From Massalongia carnosa (Eukaryota): DNA of 64,000 nucleotides. Below the pieces are notes generated by a model. The model saw nothing but the letters and a program-made list of their open reading frames with translations. It searched no databases and had not been told where the DNA came from. The stretch is taken from assembly GCA_965645245.1 (NCBI GenBank), contig OZ287085.1:620001-684000 (forward strand), read 5' to 3'. The translations under genes and the position numbers were made by a program. Shown here piece by piece: positions 12,500 through 25,826 of this stretch (position 1 is its first letter; each line of letters opens with the position of its first letter).

Positions 12500-15400
12500 T
12501 CTGCGCATAGTCGCGCGCAGAGACAACCAGATTTCTTGATTTCTTCTTGCCTGCTGTCCACATCGCTTACACCGCCGCTCATTTCTAGCAATCGTTTTTC
12601 GGCGGCGTCTGCTCTTACTCTTTTTAAAACTGATGAGACATTTAGCGATAGTCATATTTATCTCTTGTATATTACGTCGTTTTCAAAACAGAATAAAAGC
12701 TTTGATTCTTGTGGACAGTGGTGCATCTAGATATTCCTTTATTGATCAAGATTTCGCGCGTTTTCATAACTTCCCCTTACACCAATTGAAATATCCTAGA
12801 CGACTTTCCGGTTTCGATGGCCAGCCAGCATTGACTGGCAACATAACTCACATCGCCGAAGTTACCATGGACCTAAATGGGCATGTAGAAAAGCTCTTTC
12901 TTTATGTAACAGGATTAAGACATTACCCCATTGTTTTGGGCCACCCATGGCTTCGCAGACACGGAGTCATTACAAACTTTTCCAACAACACCTTGTCCCT
13001 ATCGTCCCCCTTTTGCCTTGCACACTGCTGCCCTTCACCTGTAATGGTGCAATCAGCCACCACGAAAGAAGAAGAATTCCTTATGCTTGCCGAAACTCAG
13101 AAGGTAAGGCAATCAGAAGAAACAGCTCTGCAGACCAGTCAACCCGAGCTCTCCATCTTTGAATATCAAAAAGAAGATGGCCCAAGCCGAATACTCACCG
13201 CCATTCAGAGAGGCACAACTCCGAAAATCAGACCACGATCACAAAGCTATGTACGTGTCAGACCCCAATCAGTTCGGACACTCAGTCCAATCCAGAAACC
13301 CAATCAGACTCAGATATCCAGCTCAGTTCAAACAATCAACTCAACTCAGGCATTCTGCAGCAATTCGTCACAAATTTGCGAAGTCAGCGCAGTAACTTTC
13401 GACCGCCTTGCTAGAAAGAAAAATCACGAGATATTTAGTATCTCACTTCATGAAATCGATCGCTTTTTAGGAATAAAGGCACCTCCCAGTCCCAGTCCCA
13501 GTCATTCCGACCCTAGCTCATCCATTAGCCTAATAGCGATGCAGGCCTTTCCACCATTGAATCCGAAGGCCTGCCCTAGCGATAAGGATATGCATATGAC
13601 CATCTGCAAAATGAATAAGGAGCTAACCTTAGAAACATCCGTAACTCAAGAAGAGCTTGAAGCCATTCGGGAACGAAAGAACGTTGACTCGAGCACCATC
13701 TTACCGAAACAATATCACGAATTCCTAGACGTTTTTTCTAGAAAAGAATCTGAAGTGCTTCCAGAGCGCCGACCCTACGGCCATGCCATCAATTTGAAAG
13801 ATGGCTTCCAACCTCCAAATCAAGCGTTATACGGCATGAGCCGCGACGAAATAGAAGAACTCCGTCGGTATTTAGACGATAATTCGGCCAAGGGGTTCAT
13901 TCGTGCCAGCCGTTCGCATGCGGCGTCTCCTGTCATGTTCGTGAAAAAGCCCGGAGGGGGCCTTCACTTCTGTGTTGATTACAGAGGCCTGAATGCCGTC
14001 ACTATCAAGAATAGATATCTGTTGCCATTGATAGCCGAGACCTTGAATCGCTTGTCCAGAGCTAAAATATTTACTAAATTAGATATAATAGCAGCCTTTA
14101 ATCGCCTACGCATAAAGGAAGGCGACGAAGAACTCACCGCATTCCGCACAAGATTTGGTCTATTTGAGTACCTGGTAATGCTTTTCGGGTTGTGTAATGG
14201 ACCCGCCTCTTTTCAGCACTTTATCAACGATACTCTGCGAGAGTATCTGGACGACTTTTGCACCGCATATTTGGATGACATTCTGATATACAGTGACGTT
14301 GAATCAGAGCACGAGATTCACATCAAAAGAATTCTGATCAAACTGCGTGAGGCAGGCCTTCAAGCAGAAATCATTAAATGCGCATTTCATGTGAAAGAAA
14401 TTTCATATGTAGGTCTAATCGTGACCACAGAGGGGATAAAAATGGACCTTGCCAAAGTCGAAACTGTTATTAATTGGCCCATTCCCCAAAACGTGAAAGA
14501 CGTACAGAGCTTCTTAGGGTTTGCGAACTTTTACAGACGATTCATTCTGAGGTTTAGCATGATTGCTGGCCCATTAACCAACCTCACACGAAAAGACGTG
14601 AAATTTCTATGGACTGATAAATGTCAGCAAGCTTTCGACACTATGAAGAGAACCTTCACCTCAGACGTAGTCTTATTGCACTTCGATCCAGACAAGCCAA
14701 TTATCGTGGAGACAAACGCCTCTGATTATATATCCGCCGGAATTCTTTCTCAATATGACAAGAACAGTGTTCTAAGACCTGTTGCTTACTTTTCCAAGAA
14801 ACACAATCCGGCGGAATGTAATCATGAAATCTATGATAAGGAGTTAATGGCAATCGTTCGGGCTTTCGAAGAATGGAGACCCGAATTGGAGGGTTCCGCT
14901 CACCCAATCAATGTAATCACGGATCACAAAAATCTAGAATATTTCACGTTTTCCAAGCAATGAGCCGCCGTCAAGCCCGCTGGAGCGAGTTCTTATCCCG
15001 ATTTGATTATAAAATAATCTATCGCCCTGGAAAAGCAGGTGGGAAACTAGACGCCCTAACAAGGAGAGCAGGAGATCTCCCTAAAGAAGGGGATGAAACA
15101 GACGAACGCCGACAATTTCAACATCAAACTGTCATCAAATCGCATAATATAGATGAAGGAGTTGCCCGATACCTGAATTTATGCCCTGCTATAAGATTAG
15201 CACCCGCTTTCCTAGAACAAGAAGTCATAAGGCTAGCACCTGCGTTTTTAGAACAGGAACACGAACTCGATGAATCCGAAAATCTAGGCAACGAAGATGA
15301 TAATCATACTGACGAACCTCAACTCGATCCAGATTCAGATCAGATCGCCTCTGACAATGACCCGATGGATATCCCTACCGACGAGCTTTGGAATCAAGCC

Positions 15401-16927
15401 ATTCAAAGAGATCGCTTTGCCCCGAAAATTCTAGTAATGCTGCGAAACGGAACCAGATATCACAGCGGAATTCAGTTGGCTGAATGCGAAGACAGGGATG
15501 GTGTTCTTTACTTCCGAAATCGACGATATGTACCAAAATCAGACAGATTGAGACTCAGGATTCTGCAATTAGCCCACGATAGTGTGGTAGGTGGCCATCC
15601 AGGACGTGCGAAATGCTTCGAGATTACCGACCGCTCCTATTGGTCGCCCAGTATGCATAAGACCATTCAGCAATTCGTGCGAAACTGCCATGTGTGTAAA
15701 CGGTCTAAACCATCGCGGGAAAGATATCAAGGATGGTTGCGATCGTTGCCTCCGCCAGAACGCCGCTGGCGCGACGTATCCATGGATTATGTCGGTCCTC
15801 TCCCCGTAAGTACCTTTATGGGAGTCACCTATCGCTACATTCCCGTATTCGTTGATCGATTATCCAAACAAAAGCATTACGCACCTACCATAACGATGGA
15901 AGTCGAAGAAGCCGCAACAGTTTTCTATTGGTATGTATGGAAACACCATGGCCTGCCAGATGTTCTAGTTTCTGATCGTGGATCCCAATTCGTATCGGAC
16001 TTCTGGCAAACATTGTGCAAACGACTAAAGATTGATGCTCGTTTATCAACCAGTTATCATCCTGAAACAGATGGTCAAACGGAAAGAGCAAATGCGTCAA
16101 TGGAGCATTACCTTAGGGCTTATGTGAATTATATGCAGGATGATTGGGTCGAATTTCTTCCTGGCGCTGAATTCGCTGCCAATAACACTGATTCATCTAG
16201 AACTCTGGCATCGCCATTTTTAGCAAATTCAGGGTAACACCCTCGCATGGGCTTTGAACCTGCAGAACCTCTACCGGAAAATATATCGACCCAGGCCCAG
16301 GCAAATCTGATTGCTGCTGATAAATTCGCTGACAGGATGCAGAAATTAGATTCTCACCTGCGGGACGAAATGCTAATTGCCCAAGCCATATATGAATCCA
16401 ACCCCAACGCAAATCGTCGTCCCTGCCCTCGTTATTCTGTCGGAGATATGGTCTGGTTAAACACAAAGAATATCCAGACTGCCAGACCTACGGTGAAATT
16501 GGACGACAGAAATATAGGACCATATCGGGTGAATCGTGTCGTCCCAAACAATCCTTTAATCGTACAGTTGGACCTCCCAGAGATTGTCAAGATTCATCCT
16601 GTTTTCCATGTCAATCTCTTGCAACACGACCCTGCCGACCCTTTGCCCGGTCAGCACCCAGCACCGCGTGATCCTGTTATCGCAGAAGACGGGCAACGGG
16701 AATGGTATGTAAACAGCATTCTAAACTCAAAATACGATCGCCGTTATCAGCCGCCTCTGTTGCAGTATTTCGTCAATTGGGAAGGACATACCCCTACTTG
16801 GGAACCATTCAACTTCCTAACTAATTGTCAGCAAGCCTTAGACGACTTTCATTCTGCTTGCCCTGCCGCGGCCGGACCACACATCACCCCATGTACAACT
16901 CCCCGCTGTCGTTGCCAAGAACTTTAG
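12500..16927 (+). pseudogene. pol: pol (protease DSGA, RT YLDD, RNase H, integrase, chromodomain)
   Basis: ORFs 12633-14963, 14873-16237 and 16247-16927; one frameshift near 14960 and a stop at 16235. Confidence 0.93.
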
Positions 16928-17426
16928 TTAACTCGCAAGAGCTCGTTCTTGAAGAGGGGAGCTACTGTCACGGAATCGCTTCGCACCCTCCCGCTTGTCC
17001 TGATCGAGTTAGTATTTAACAGGGCCCATTGCTGTGAAACCTCATCCATCGTGCTCAGGCGTTCTTCTACCGCCCTCAGCGCACTATCAATCTTCTACAA
17101 TCCGTATCCAATCTCAACGTCTCCACTATCCAGGCTTATGACTGAGGGTGCTTCAGCACAGATAAAGGCGGGATAGGTCAAAGCAATCATGTTAAGGAAA
17201 TTAGTATAGGAACAGAGATGGGGCAAGTCGAGAATAGGAGAGTTGAAAGCCATGGCTATAAAGTCTATGTGGTTTCCCAGGTGTTTAGAGCTCTTCATCG
17301 GACGTCTTGTGTATTATTCTCAACTTCTAGTTTTAGCATATCTAGATATCCGTTCTGCAAGATAGAGTCTTATATCTCTCCAGCCCTCCCCTGACAGGAA
17401 AGATATACCGTATTAATTGACATATA

Positions 17427-17844
17427 CAGTCCCGTGCCAAAAGTCTGCGGCCCAACCCGTAATTTTCGTGATTTCGCGTTTTCAACTCATCAACCCCCCA
17501 TCTTCCACCTCATCATTTCACCATGCTTCGTGCTTCTTTGACCCCCATAAGTGGTAATCGGCCTCGTAACACTGAATTGACGCCATATCAACGTGGTATG
17601 ATTGTTGGGGCCCAGGCGTTGGGGCACACACCGACCGAGATTGGGAAGACTCTTAATTTCACTAAATCGACCGTGCAGAGCACCATTCAGAAGCACTCAA
17701 TTCGCAACGACGGCGTGTCTAAATCACGTTCTGGACGGCCTGAAGTGCTGTCAGAACGCGATCGACGTTATATCATCAAGCATGCACGAATCAATCCACG
17801 AATCACTTATGCACAAATCAAACTAGAAGTGGGGCTCGGCTGCA
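17427..17844 (+). mobile_element. Truncated Tc1 copy (left TIR plus DNA-binding region)
   Basis: TA then same TIR; near-identical to 2393-2810, similarity ends at GGCTGCA. Confidence 0.93.
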
Positions 17845-19774
17845 AGAAATTGAGCGTTATCGAGGGATGCAAGCCTTTCGTGTTGGACGGTGATAGTAAT
17901 AATTCTTCTAATTTAAAGTTAATTCGTGAAAACAATTATACGCATGGTGTGTATTCAAATTATGATTGAGATAAATATAAAAACTTACTCGTTGATATGA
18001 ATAGTTTTTACTAGCCCAGAGATAGCGACGTCAAAGCTGTTTAATCAGGAGGTTCTGAGGCATCCAAGTTTCTTCTTGAATTTATGTCTTTTAGCTCTTG
18101 ATGAGATGCATCTTGTATCCGAATGGCGAGATTTCCGGCCCGAATACTTCAATCTCGGTGTGCTTCGTACACGATTACCAGACGGTATTCCTTTTCTGGG
18201 TACGTCTGCAACGCTGGATCCAAAAACCCTAGAGAGCGTTAAAGATCGCTGTGGCTTTGATAACGAAAGTACTGTTATTCAAACAGCGCTTGATCGTCCA
18301 GAGATATACATACAGACAAGCAGTCTACAGAGGCCTATGAACAGCATGATCGATCTTCAACATCTTTTACTAACACGGGCTGAGAGTCCTTTTGATATTC
18401 CGAAAACGATTATCTTCATGGATTCAATTTCATCTATCAAAAAGGCGTGTGCGCTAATGAAAGTATGGATGAAACAATTGTCCTATCCAATGGAGGCCGC
18501 TAGTTGGGTCGCGCCTTTCTTTTCCGACATGGCCACCCAAGACAAAGAAAGGATTGCGGCTCGCTTCGAAATGCCCTCGAATCAATGTAAATTTCCTCGA
18601 ATCCTGATCGCAACGGATGCATACGGGCTTGGTATTGATAATCCAGACGTTATGAGAGTTACGCAATGGCTGCTACCCTCGTCAATGGCGAAGCTATATC
18701 AACGTTTAGGTCGTGCTTTGCGTTGCGGTCGAGGACAGGCGCATTTTACTCTTTTGCATCCTTCTTGGTGCATAGGTCCAAGAACCGGATCAAAAATGGA
18801 CGAACAGGACGGATCTGATGACGCGGGAATCGAGATTGAATCCAAGGCCAGTAAACGCTGCATCAATCAAAAGGATGCTGATCGGCGACGAGATATGCCA
18901 CCGGGTCTTTGGGAGATAATCAGTGTGCCTTCAGATGGTTGCGTTCGAGGTATTGGCTTGAATTTCTTCAATCATAAAGTGTATCCAACGTCGGCCTATA
19001 TTAAGCCGCAACCTTGCTGTTCAATTTGCGATCCAAGTTTTCAGACATCAACAGCCGCCAATGATATGTTAAATAGAAAGGCCGAGCGTGACTCGTCTAG
19101 GCGGCCTTGGTTTTCACACTTAAACTTCGAGAATGGAGGGAGGCCAAGGCGCAGGAAAAGTTCCCAAATTCATATATGCGATACTTCCCATCATTGATAA
19201 TGCCCGATGAGGTACTGAATTCTTTGACCACTTGGGCGGATCAGATTGTGGACGAGCCCACCATGCGACGATGGATTGGTAACACATGGGCTGGTATTAG
19301 GCCCTACGGCACCGAGCTTTTAGAAATTTTAAAGCGGGGTCAAGCGATGAGATTAGACGAGGGAGACATGTTCGAGGAATGGAAACGACACAACGACATA
19401 AAGCGAAAACGATTACCCAGCCTAACATGCAACTCCGCCAGTATTGAATTTGAGGAACGGAGGAAAAACTGGATGATCAAACAAGGATATATATGTCGAG
19501 AAAGGTTTTTAAAAAGCGAAATGCGGTCAAGAAGAAAGTCTCGAAGGAAAGCGAGAGCACGGAGCCATCGGGCGAGAATCCTGCGCCTAATCACAATATC
19601 TCCGATGCGGCGTTCGTTGTTGACAATGTTGATGCTCTTAAATCATCGATGAAGGCATCAAAGACCAAAAAAGCGCCTCGAGATCCTATGGAAGCGTTGT
19701 CGCTGAATGTACCCATGGCCCTTCCTCCGACACGATCTAGACAAGAAAGAAAGTGCCCCGTCCGCTACCTCTGA
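17845..19774 (+). pseudogene. RecQ-like superfamily 2 helicase (AcademH type), 5'-truncated, 2 frameshifts; intron 17947-18004
   Basis: Splicing GT..AG gives YTHVFTSPE; motifs DEMH, SAT, ATDAYGLGID, QRLGRA; CC-x2-C zinc region and HRDC-like tail; motif I missing. Confidence 0.88.
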
Positions 19775-19799
19775 CTCTGTAAAGCCGCGCGGCGCGGAT

Positions 19800-22637
19800 T
19801 TACATGACTAGGCTATCTCGTGGTATCGATGATTTAATCAAAAAAAACATACCGCCGGATATCTCGAGACGGGCCATTGAAATGACAGGGCTGTCGGGGA
19901 CCTGCTTTGTTTCATTGACAAAATCGGGCTCGGCTTCATTCTTACCCTCAAGGTCGTCTGTTGAAATTTCTTTTGAAATTTCTTCGGAAAGATACTGCTG
20001 ATTGTATTTTAATACATTTTCTCCAAGTTTCTTCAATCCCTCAACGTATAGATTGTTGGAATACTCGCTTAGCCCCATTAGATCTAGCTCAGCCCTGCAG
20101 GCTGCCATGACTGCTATAAGCAGTCACCTCCGTAGTAATTTCAACATTATGCCGTCAACTGTTTATTTAACAAAGATTAGCTGTTGGATTAGTTGAAAAT
20201 CGATCATAGCTTCTTTTACAGAGTGATTTATGCGCTAGTGCCGTAGCCATGCCCCACACATCCTCCGCGGCCGATTTGCTGGATGCCTTGAAGAGTTGAC
20301 TCTTCCAAAGTAAAACTCAACGATTTCTTTGAGCTTCATAAGATATGGACCGTTGAGTGCCCAGTTCTCGGGCAAGGTGTCACTATACTTTGAAAAATAA
20401 GATCGCTCGTGTTGGAACGTCTTGAGGTTATTGTTTAGTATCTCTAAAAGCCGATCAGTCTCAAAACTTGACTCTTCGTCACCGCGTAAATTGACAAGAC
20501 TATTCATTAAAATACTTTCCTGTAGCCTTATGGTCGCTGCGGAAGAATCAATCGCATGAAGGGTGTATAGAAGAGCTTGCGCATATTTCGGGGTGCCAGC
20601 TACGCTTGCCTGAAAGATCACTGTTGCGTGGCGCAATGCGTGACGAAGTAGTCCAATATCCGCATATTTGATTGCGTATCGAAGTGTTAGATACGATTCA
20701 ACGTGATCACAGAAGTTCTGATGATTCTGAAATTGTTGATCAAGCGTTGGAGGAAGCATATCTTTGACGTTGAGGGTAATTCCGCTTGAAGTTTGCGAGA
20801 TATCCTGCCCAACATATTCATCCAAGTGCCATCCTGCCCGCAAGTCTGCGCTGTGAGCCACGAAATAGTTGCTTCGATTCGCTGCGGAGCATATCCATCC
20901 TTTCGTAAAAACCTAATCCACGTCCCAACGATTCTAGCTTGATAGCTCTGAATGATCAGATCCTCTAAGGCCTGGAAATCGTTCGGCTGCACGACACGAG
21001 CGCGACCCCACCGATCGGCGGCATATTGAAGAGTCGAAGGATCAACCGGCTGGGCCTCTCCCCAATGTATTTTATGAATAAGCTGCAGCATGTTAAAGCG
21101 AAGATGCCATAACCCTAATCCCGGTAAAATCCAGTCGAACCGATCGAAAGATTGCTCCGATATCCCATGACGTAATTCCTTGACAGATTGCATTCTCGAC
21201 CATGTCTTGAGGTCACCATAGATAAGCCGAATGACGCTCGCAAACGTCGAGTCATCCTCCTTGAACTTGAACTGTCGCACAAATATATCCTCCAATATTT
21301 GAATATTATTAGATGTTGTGCTCTCATCCTTCATGACTGGTGTGATAGGAATGTAATTGGTCTTGTATTTTTTCATCTTATTCAGCACGGGCATTGCAGT
21401 CGACCAGGGAAGTTGAACGTCGCCGATCTCTGGGCCATAAAGCGCTCGAATTGCTGACTCTAGATGATGAAGACGAATCTAGGTGCGCGGTGCATTAGCG
21501 GTTGAGCGCTGTATATACATCTCGTCCTGTATTGAATTCACCTGCATCTCGAGATCACCAGTTTCCAGCTTTCGCGCGATTCTTTCAGCTGATAAAAGAT
21601 GCTTGGCGGGGCGCCACATATCCTGCCTCAAAGCGCCGGCATCGAATCCTTGCCCCTGGAAAATTAGAGCGGTAGTGATTGATCTGACGTCTCTATTATC
21701 CCCCGTGCGCTCTCCTCGTTTACCTTCTGCGAAGTCAAAGTTATCGTATGTCAAGATCATGTTTGAGCCTTGTCCTAGCATCTGAACCTTTCGTTCGGCC
21801 TCCTTAATCAAGGATAACATGCGCCGTCGCAGGGTAGTATATGACATCGTCAGGTCAATATGACAGAGTGTATCTAGAACTCGCCGCCTTGCCCCACCTT
21901 GATAAATATAAAGGCCTAAGACGGACTGAATATTAGTCGCCTTATTAGGTCGCAATTTGTGACAAAGCATTGCCAATATAATGGTGTGCCGGCCGCTGGG
22001 AGAATCCAACGTCACATCGAGAGGTTCCTGCGGGCGAGCCTCGCGACAAACACCATCAATTAGCTCAAGCCATCGTGGCGCCAACTGCTTGGCGGCAGAT
22101 GCAGCAAGTTTAATAGCCTCCAAGGTCCCAAACTCGACTGTCGCAGAGGGCGGCTGGAAAGGGCCAAAGGCTGCGTGATCTGCCAAAGCTTTGATTTCTT
22201 CACGAAGCGCATCCGCGGCCCAAACCCATCCTCTCTCGCGAAGGATAGTGGATATTCTACCAGACCCAATGAGGCTTGAAAAGTCTTCTTGCCGCACAAT
22301 ATCGACATAGACAAAATCGAAGAGCTGGCCTTGCGCCTTTCGCATACTATGACGGGCTCAATTCTTACAAAGTGTTGATAAAAAATCTTTTACCGACCAA
22401 TTTAGAGAGCTCAGAAATTTAAGCACCTCAACCAGCTTGTCGTAATCTGATATGCGCCGGCGGTGGCATTTCGCGCCTCCATTTTTTTTCAGGTAAGGCA
22501 GGAGGGGAGGAGGAAGAGGGTGAGCTATCATTACTGCCTGACGGCGATGGGTGGGGCCGCTTGAGCGCACCGGCGGGAGTCAAGGGACATGTCCGTAGGT
22601 CGGTAAGTGGCGAGGAGGGGCCCCCGACAAGAGCCAT
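19800..22637 (-). pseudogene. Academ-type (DUF6589-like) DDE transposase; intron 21479-21541
   Basis: Motifs YDNFDF, GDLKT, PGLGLWHLRFN, DRLLE; convergent with a RecQ helicase as described for AcademH; frameshifts, one stop, solo-LTR insertion. Confidence 0.8.
20054..20172. mobile_element. 119-bp solo LTR of the TRIM at 24939
   Basis: Appears identical to both TRIM LTRs; near-TSD TAGAT/AAGAT; removal restores PTANLYVEG. Confidence 0.9.
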
Positions 22638-23705
22638 GGCTTTCGTCAGATAGCTTCAATCTAGATAAATCATACAATTGTAATGGGCTACGAGACCAGT
22701 AAGCTTATCACGAGCGACACTGATCTCGAAAGGGGAAATGCTCAGCGTGAGAGGAGGAAGATAGCTACTACGTGCTAGTCTCCGAGAGTATACGTGATCC
22801 AAAGAACTAATGGATGTGGAAGTGCTTAGACCAAGAGATCTCGTCCGAGACCCAAACGTAGGTTGTTCATAGAATAAAGACTAATTGCTAACGAATACTA
22901 CAAGATTCGTTCTGATATTTATCCTACTCACCCCAAGCCTATAGCCTTGGGAGCCTTGGAACCTTAGGAGCCTTGCAAGCCTTGGGAGTCTTGCGAGCAT
23001 TACAGCCTTGCAATCCACATCCGACTTTATCGCATTACATCCAACCATCCCTCAGGATCCATCCACGAACTCGGCGTTCGCTGGATCATCTAGTCAGCCT
23101 CGAGCAGCCTTCTAGACCTTCCCTTGCAAGGTAGAACAATTCTACCCCCGGCTAGATCCCTCACTACATGCCTCAGGCTATGTAGCTTCATTTCGCCGTC
23201 ACCACTACCTAGTGATGGAAGGTTACCTCCGACTGAATACCTCGCTACACTGCGGACCTGCCTCTAGACACAAGGTCTAGACAACGAGGTCATGTAGGTT
23301 CATTCAGCCGACATCACTACCAACGTAGTAATAAAGGTTGAAGCTGAAGTTTACACCGGGGAGCCTAGCTCAAGCTGCGTCCAGCGAGCCGTGCCTCCTG
23401 CTACCTCTCTTGAACCATCAAGAGATCCAGTAGCTCCGAGTAGGCCAGTAGATCCCATATAGAGTTCCTTGGCGTCTCCACAGGAGTCCGCCTTACACTC
23501 CATGGCAATCTACCACCACGGCCTCGACAGGTGTTTGATCTGTAAGTAGTCAAGAACGTGATAACAATAACTCCGAAGTTTCGGGGCAAGATGGCAGTGT
23601 GTCAGCCTCGACGGCTTATGCGACTTCGTACTACGGCATGGTCCACGCTAGTTAATCCCGCAACCGCCATAGGCGATCACGTATCCCTCTAGCGCCATCC
23701 GTATT

Positions 23706-24020
23706 ACAGTCCTGGTGATGACCTTATCCTAATGGTAACCTCGTCCTGGTGTTGACCTTGTCCTGGTGATGATCTTGTCTCGATGGTGACCTCGTCCTGG
23801 TGGTGACCTTGTCCTGGTGATAACCTTGTCCTGATGGTGACCTCGTCCTGGTGGTGACCTCGTCCTGGTGATGACCTTGTCCCGATGGTGACCTCGTCCT
23901 GGTGGTGACCTCGTCCTGGTGGTGACCTCGTCCTGGTGATGACCTTGTCCCGATGGTGACCTCGTCCTGGTGGTGACCTTGTCCCGGTGGTGACCTCGTT
24001 CTAGTGATGGGCCTCGTCTC
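23706..24020. repeat. 17-bp minisatellite (GGTGACCTCGTCCTGGT), about 18 units, decaying towards ~24870
   Basis: Direct tandem periodicity; the minus-strand ORF shows 17-aa repeats (3 units). Confidence 0.9.
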
Positions 24021-24938
24021 GATGATGAGTCTCGCTTTGTTGATAAACTTTTCTTTGTGATGGACCTCGCATTGATGTTGACCTCATTCCGATATGAACC
24101 TCGCTTTGTGATAATTTCGGACATTGTTGTCGGGGTTGTTTCGACTCATGATGTTGATGGAAATTCGCTTGATTTAATCAGCCGAGGACTGTTAAATGGA
24201 ACGGAATAATTTGTATCCGAATTTGTGAATATCGTACGGCACCTGTGTTGTCTGAGTGTTGTTCTCGTTCCGATATGAATCTCGCTGATAGGCCTCACTA
24301 TGATAATGACCTCATTTCGATATGATTCTCGCCTCGTTATTGATCTAATTCCGTCATGAACCTCGACCCGGTGATGAGCCTCGCCTTACTGTTGACCTCG
24401 TTTCGATATGGACCTTGATGATGAACCTCGTTCTAGTAATGGCCTCGTCCTAGTTATGACCTCGATGATAACCTCGCTTTGTTATTGATCTCGTTCCGAT
24501 GTTAACCTTGCCTCGATGATGAGCCTCGTCTTCTTGTTGACCTCATTTCTATGTGAACCTCGATGATGGACCTCGCTTTGTTGTTTGTGTGTCCTCGACC
24601 TATTGCTTCCCCGCTCTTTTATATTTCTTGACCTATTGTTTGTATGTCCTAGACCTGTTGTTTGTTGATTAATATGTCCTCGGCCTTTTGCCTACGTTCT
24701 AAACCTGTTGTTCCCTCGCTCTGTTGTTTGTATTTGCCCTAGACTCAGTTGTTTGTATCTTTAGTTGTATGTCCTCGACCATTTGCCTATATATCCTAGA
24801 CTCAATGTTTGTTGATTAGTATACCCTCGACCTTTTGTTTATTTGACCCAGGCCCTTTTGCCTACGTGACTGTGTCGCGCTCACAAGTGCACGTGTGGGT
24901 CAAGGAGGTCCACTTGCAAGAGTTCTGCTGAGGGAGAC

Positions 24939-25826
24939 TGTTGGAATACTCGCTTAGCCCCATTAGATCTAGCTCAGCCCTGCAGGCTGCCATGACTGCT
25001 ATAAGCAGTCACCTCCGTAGTAATTTCAACATTATGCCGTCAACTGTTTATTTAACAGGTTATGAGTCCCGGGTTTGTGCTTTGCGCCCCTCCGACGGCA
25101 TCCTTCATGCATAGACTACGTACTATCATGTCGTATCAAGAAGATGATGAGGTGAAAGTTCAGACGTGGAAAGCGCGAAAACGAAGCGGAAACGACATCG
25201 AAAGGGATGAGAAACGAAGCGGAAACGAAGCGGAAACGTCATCGAAAGTGGTGTACGTACGAAACGTGCTGAGGAGGACATCTACAATGGGCGGTGCCTC
25301 GAAGACTTCACATCTTGCATTACTGGTCAGATCAGCAAGGGGAGATAAAAGCCCTGCGATCAGGCCACCAACGTCAATGGTCTGCGGGAAAATGTCTAAC
25401 AGAGACATCGAGAAAAGCCCTGCTCAGGCCATCAACAAAACACGTCCATAGTACTCTTCCCATCCACCCATACACTCACAAAAGCTACGTTTCAAGAGAT
25501 GGTTATGGGTTTAATGAGGCTACAAAGCAGGACAACAAAAGACATAAGAAAGAACTACGTGCTTAGGGAAAATGGAGTCAGAGGGAGCTAGATTCGTTCC
25601 GCAAGGGGAGCGAATCGGACACAGCTGGATGAATCACTTCGCAAGGGGAATGATAAAAGCTGGATAGTTTCAATTTTGGAGGCGAAAGGGGAGCCACGCT
25701 CGAAGGGTGTTGGAATACTCGCTTAGCCCCATTAGATCTAGCTCAGCCCTGCAGGCTGCCATGACTGCTATAAGCAGTCACCTCCGTAGTAATTTCAACA
25801 TTATGCCGTCAACTGTTTATTTAACA
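24939..25826 (+). mobile_element. Copia-type TRIM (non-autonomous LTR element)
   Basis: Identical 119-bp LTRs (24939-25057, 25708-25826), TSD GAGAC, PBS-like GGTTATGAG, purine tract before the 3' LTR, no recognisable coding domain. Confidence 0.92.

Larger units (their letters stand above)
10740..17396 (+). mobile_element. Ty3/gypsy chromovirus LTR retrotransposon (LTRs 10740-11169, 16966-17396)
   Basis: ~430-bp TG..CA LTRs with about 15 differences; PPT GAAGAGGGGAG; gag-PR-RT-RH-IN-chromo order; no TSD. Confidence 0.95.

Noticed and set aside
17391..17420. Similarity to 28386-28412 as a possible element boundary
   Set aside because: Short, gapped, A-rich direct match; likely chance
17845..19774. 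Host SGS1 or telomere-linked helicase
   Set aside because: Paired convergently with an Academ-type transposase; no telomeric repeats seen
23729..24124. Repeat protein gene (131 aa)
   Set aside because: The 17-aa periodicity is a by-product of a 17-bp unit that is not a multiple of three
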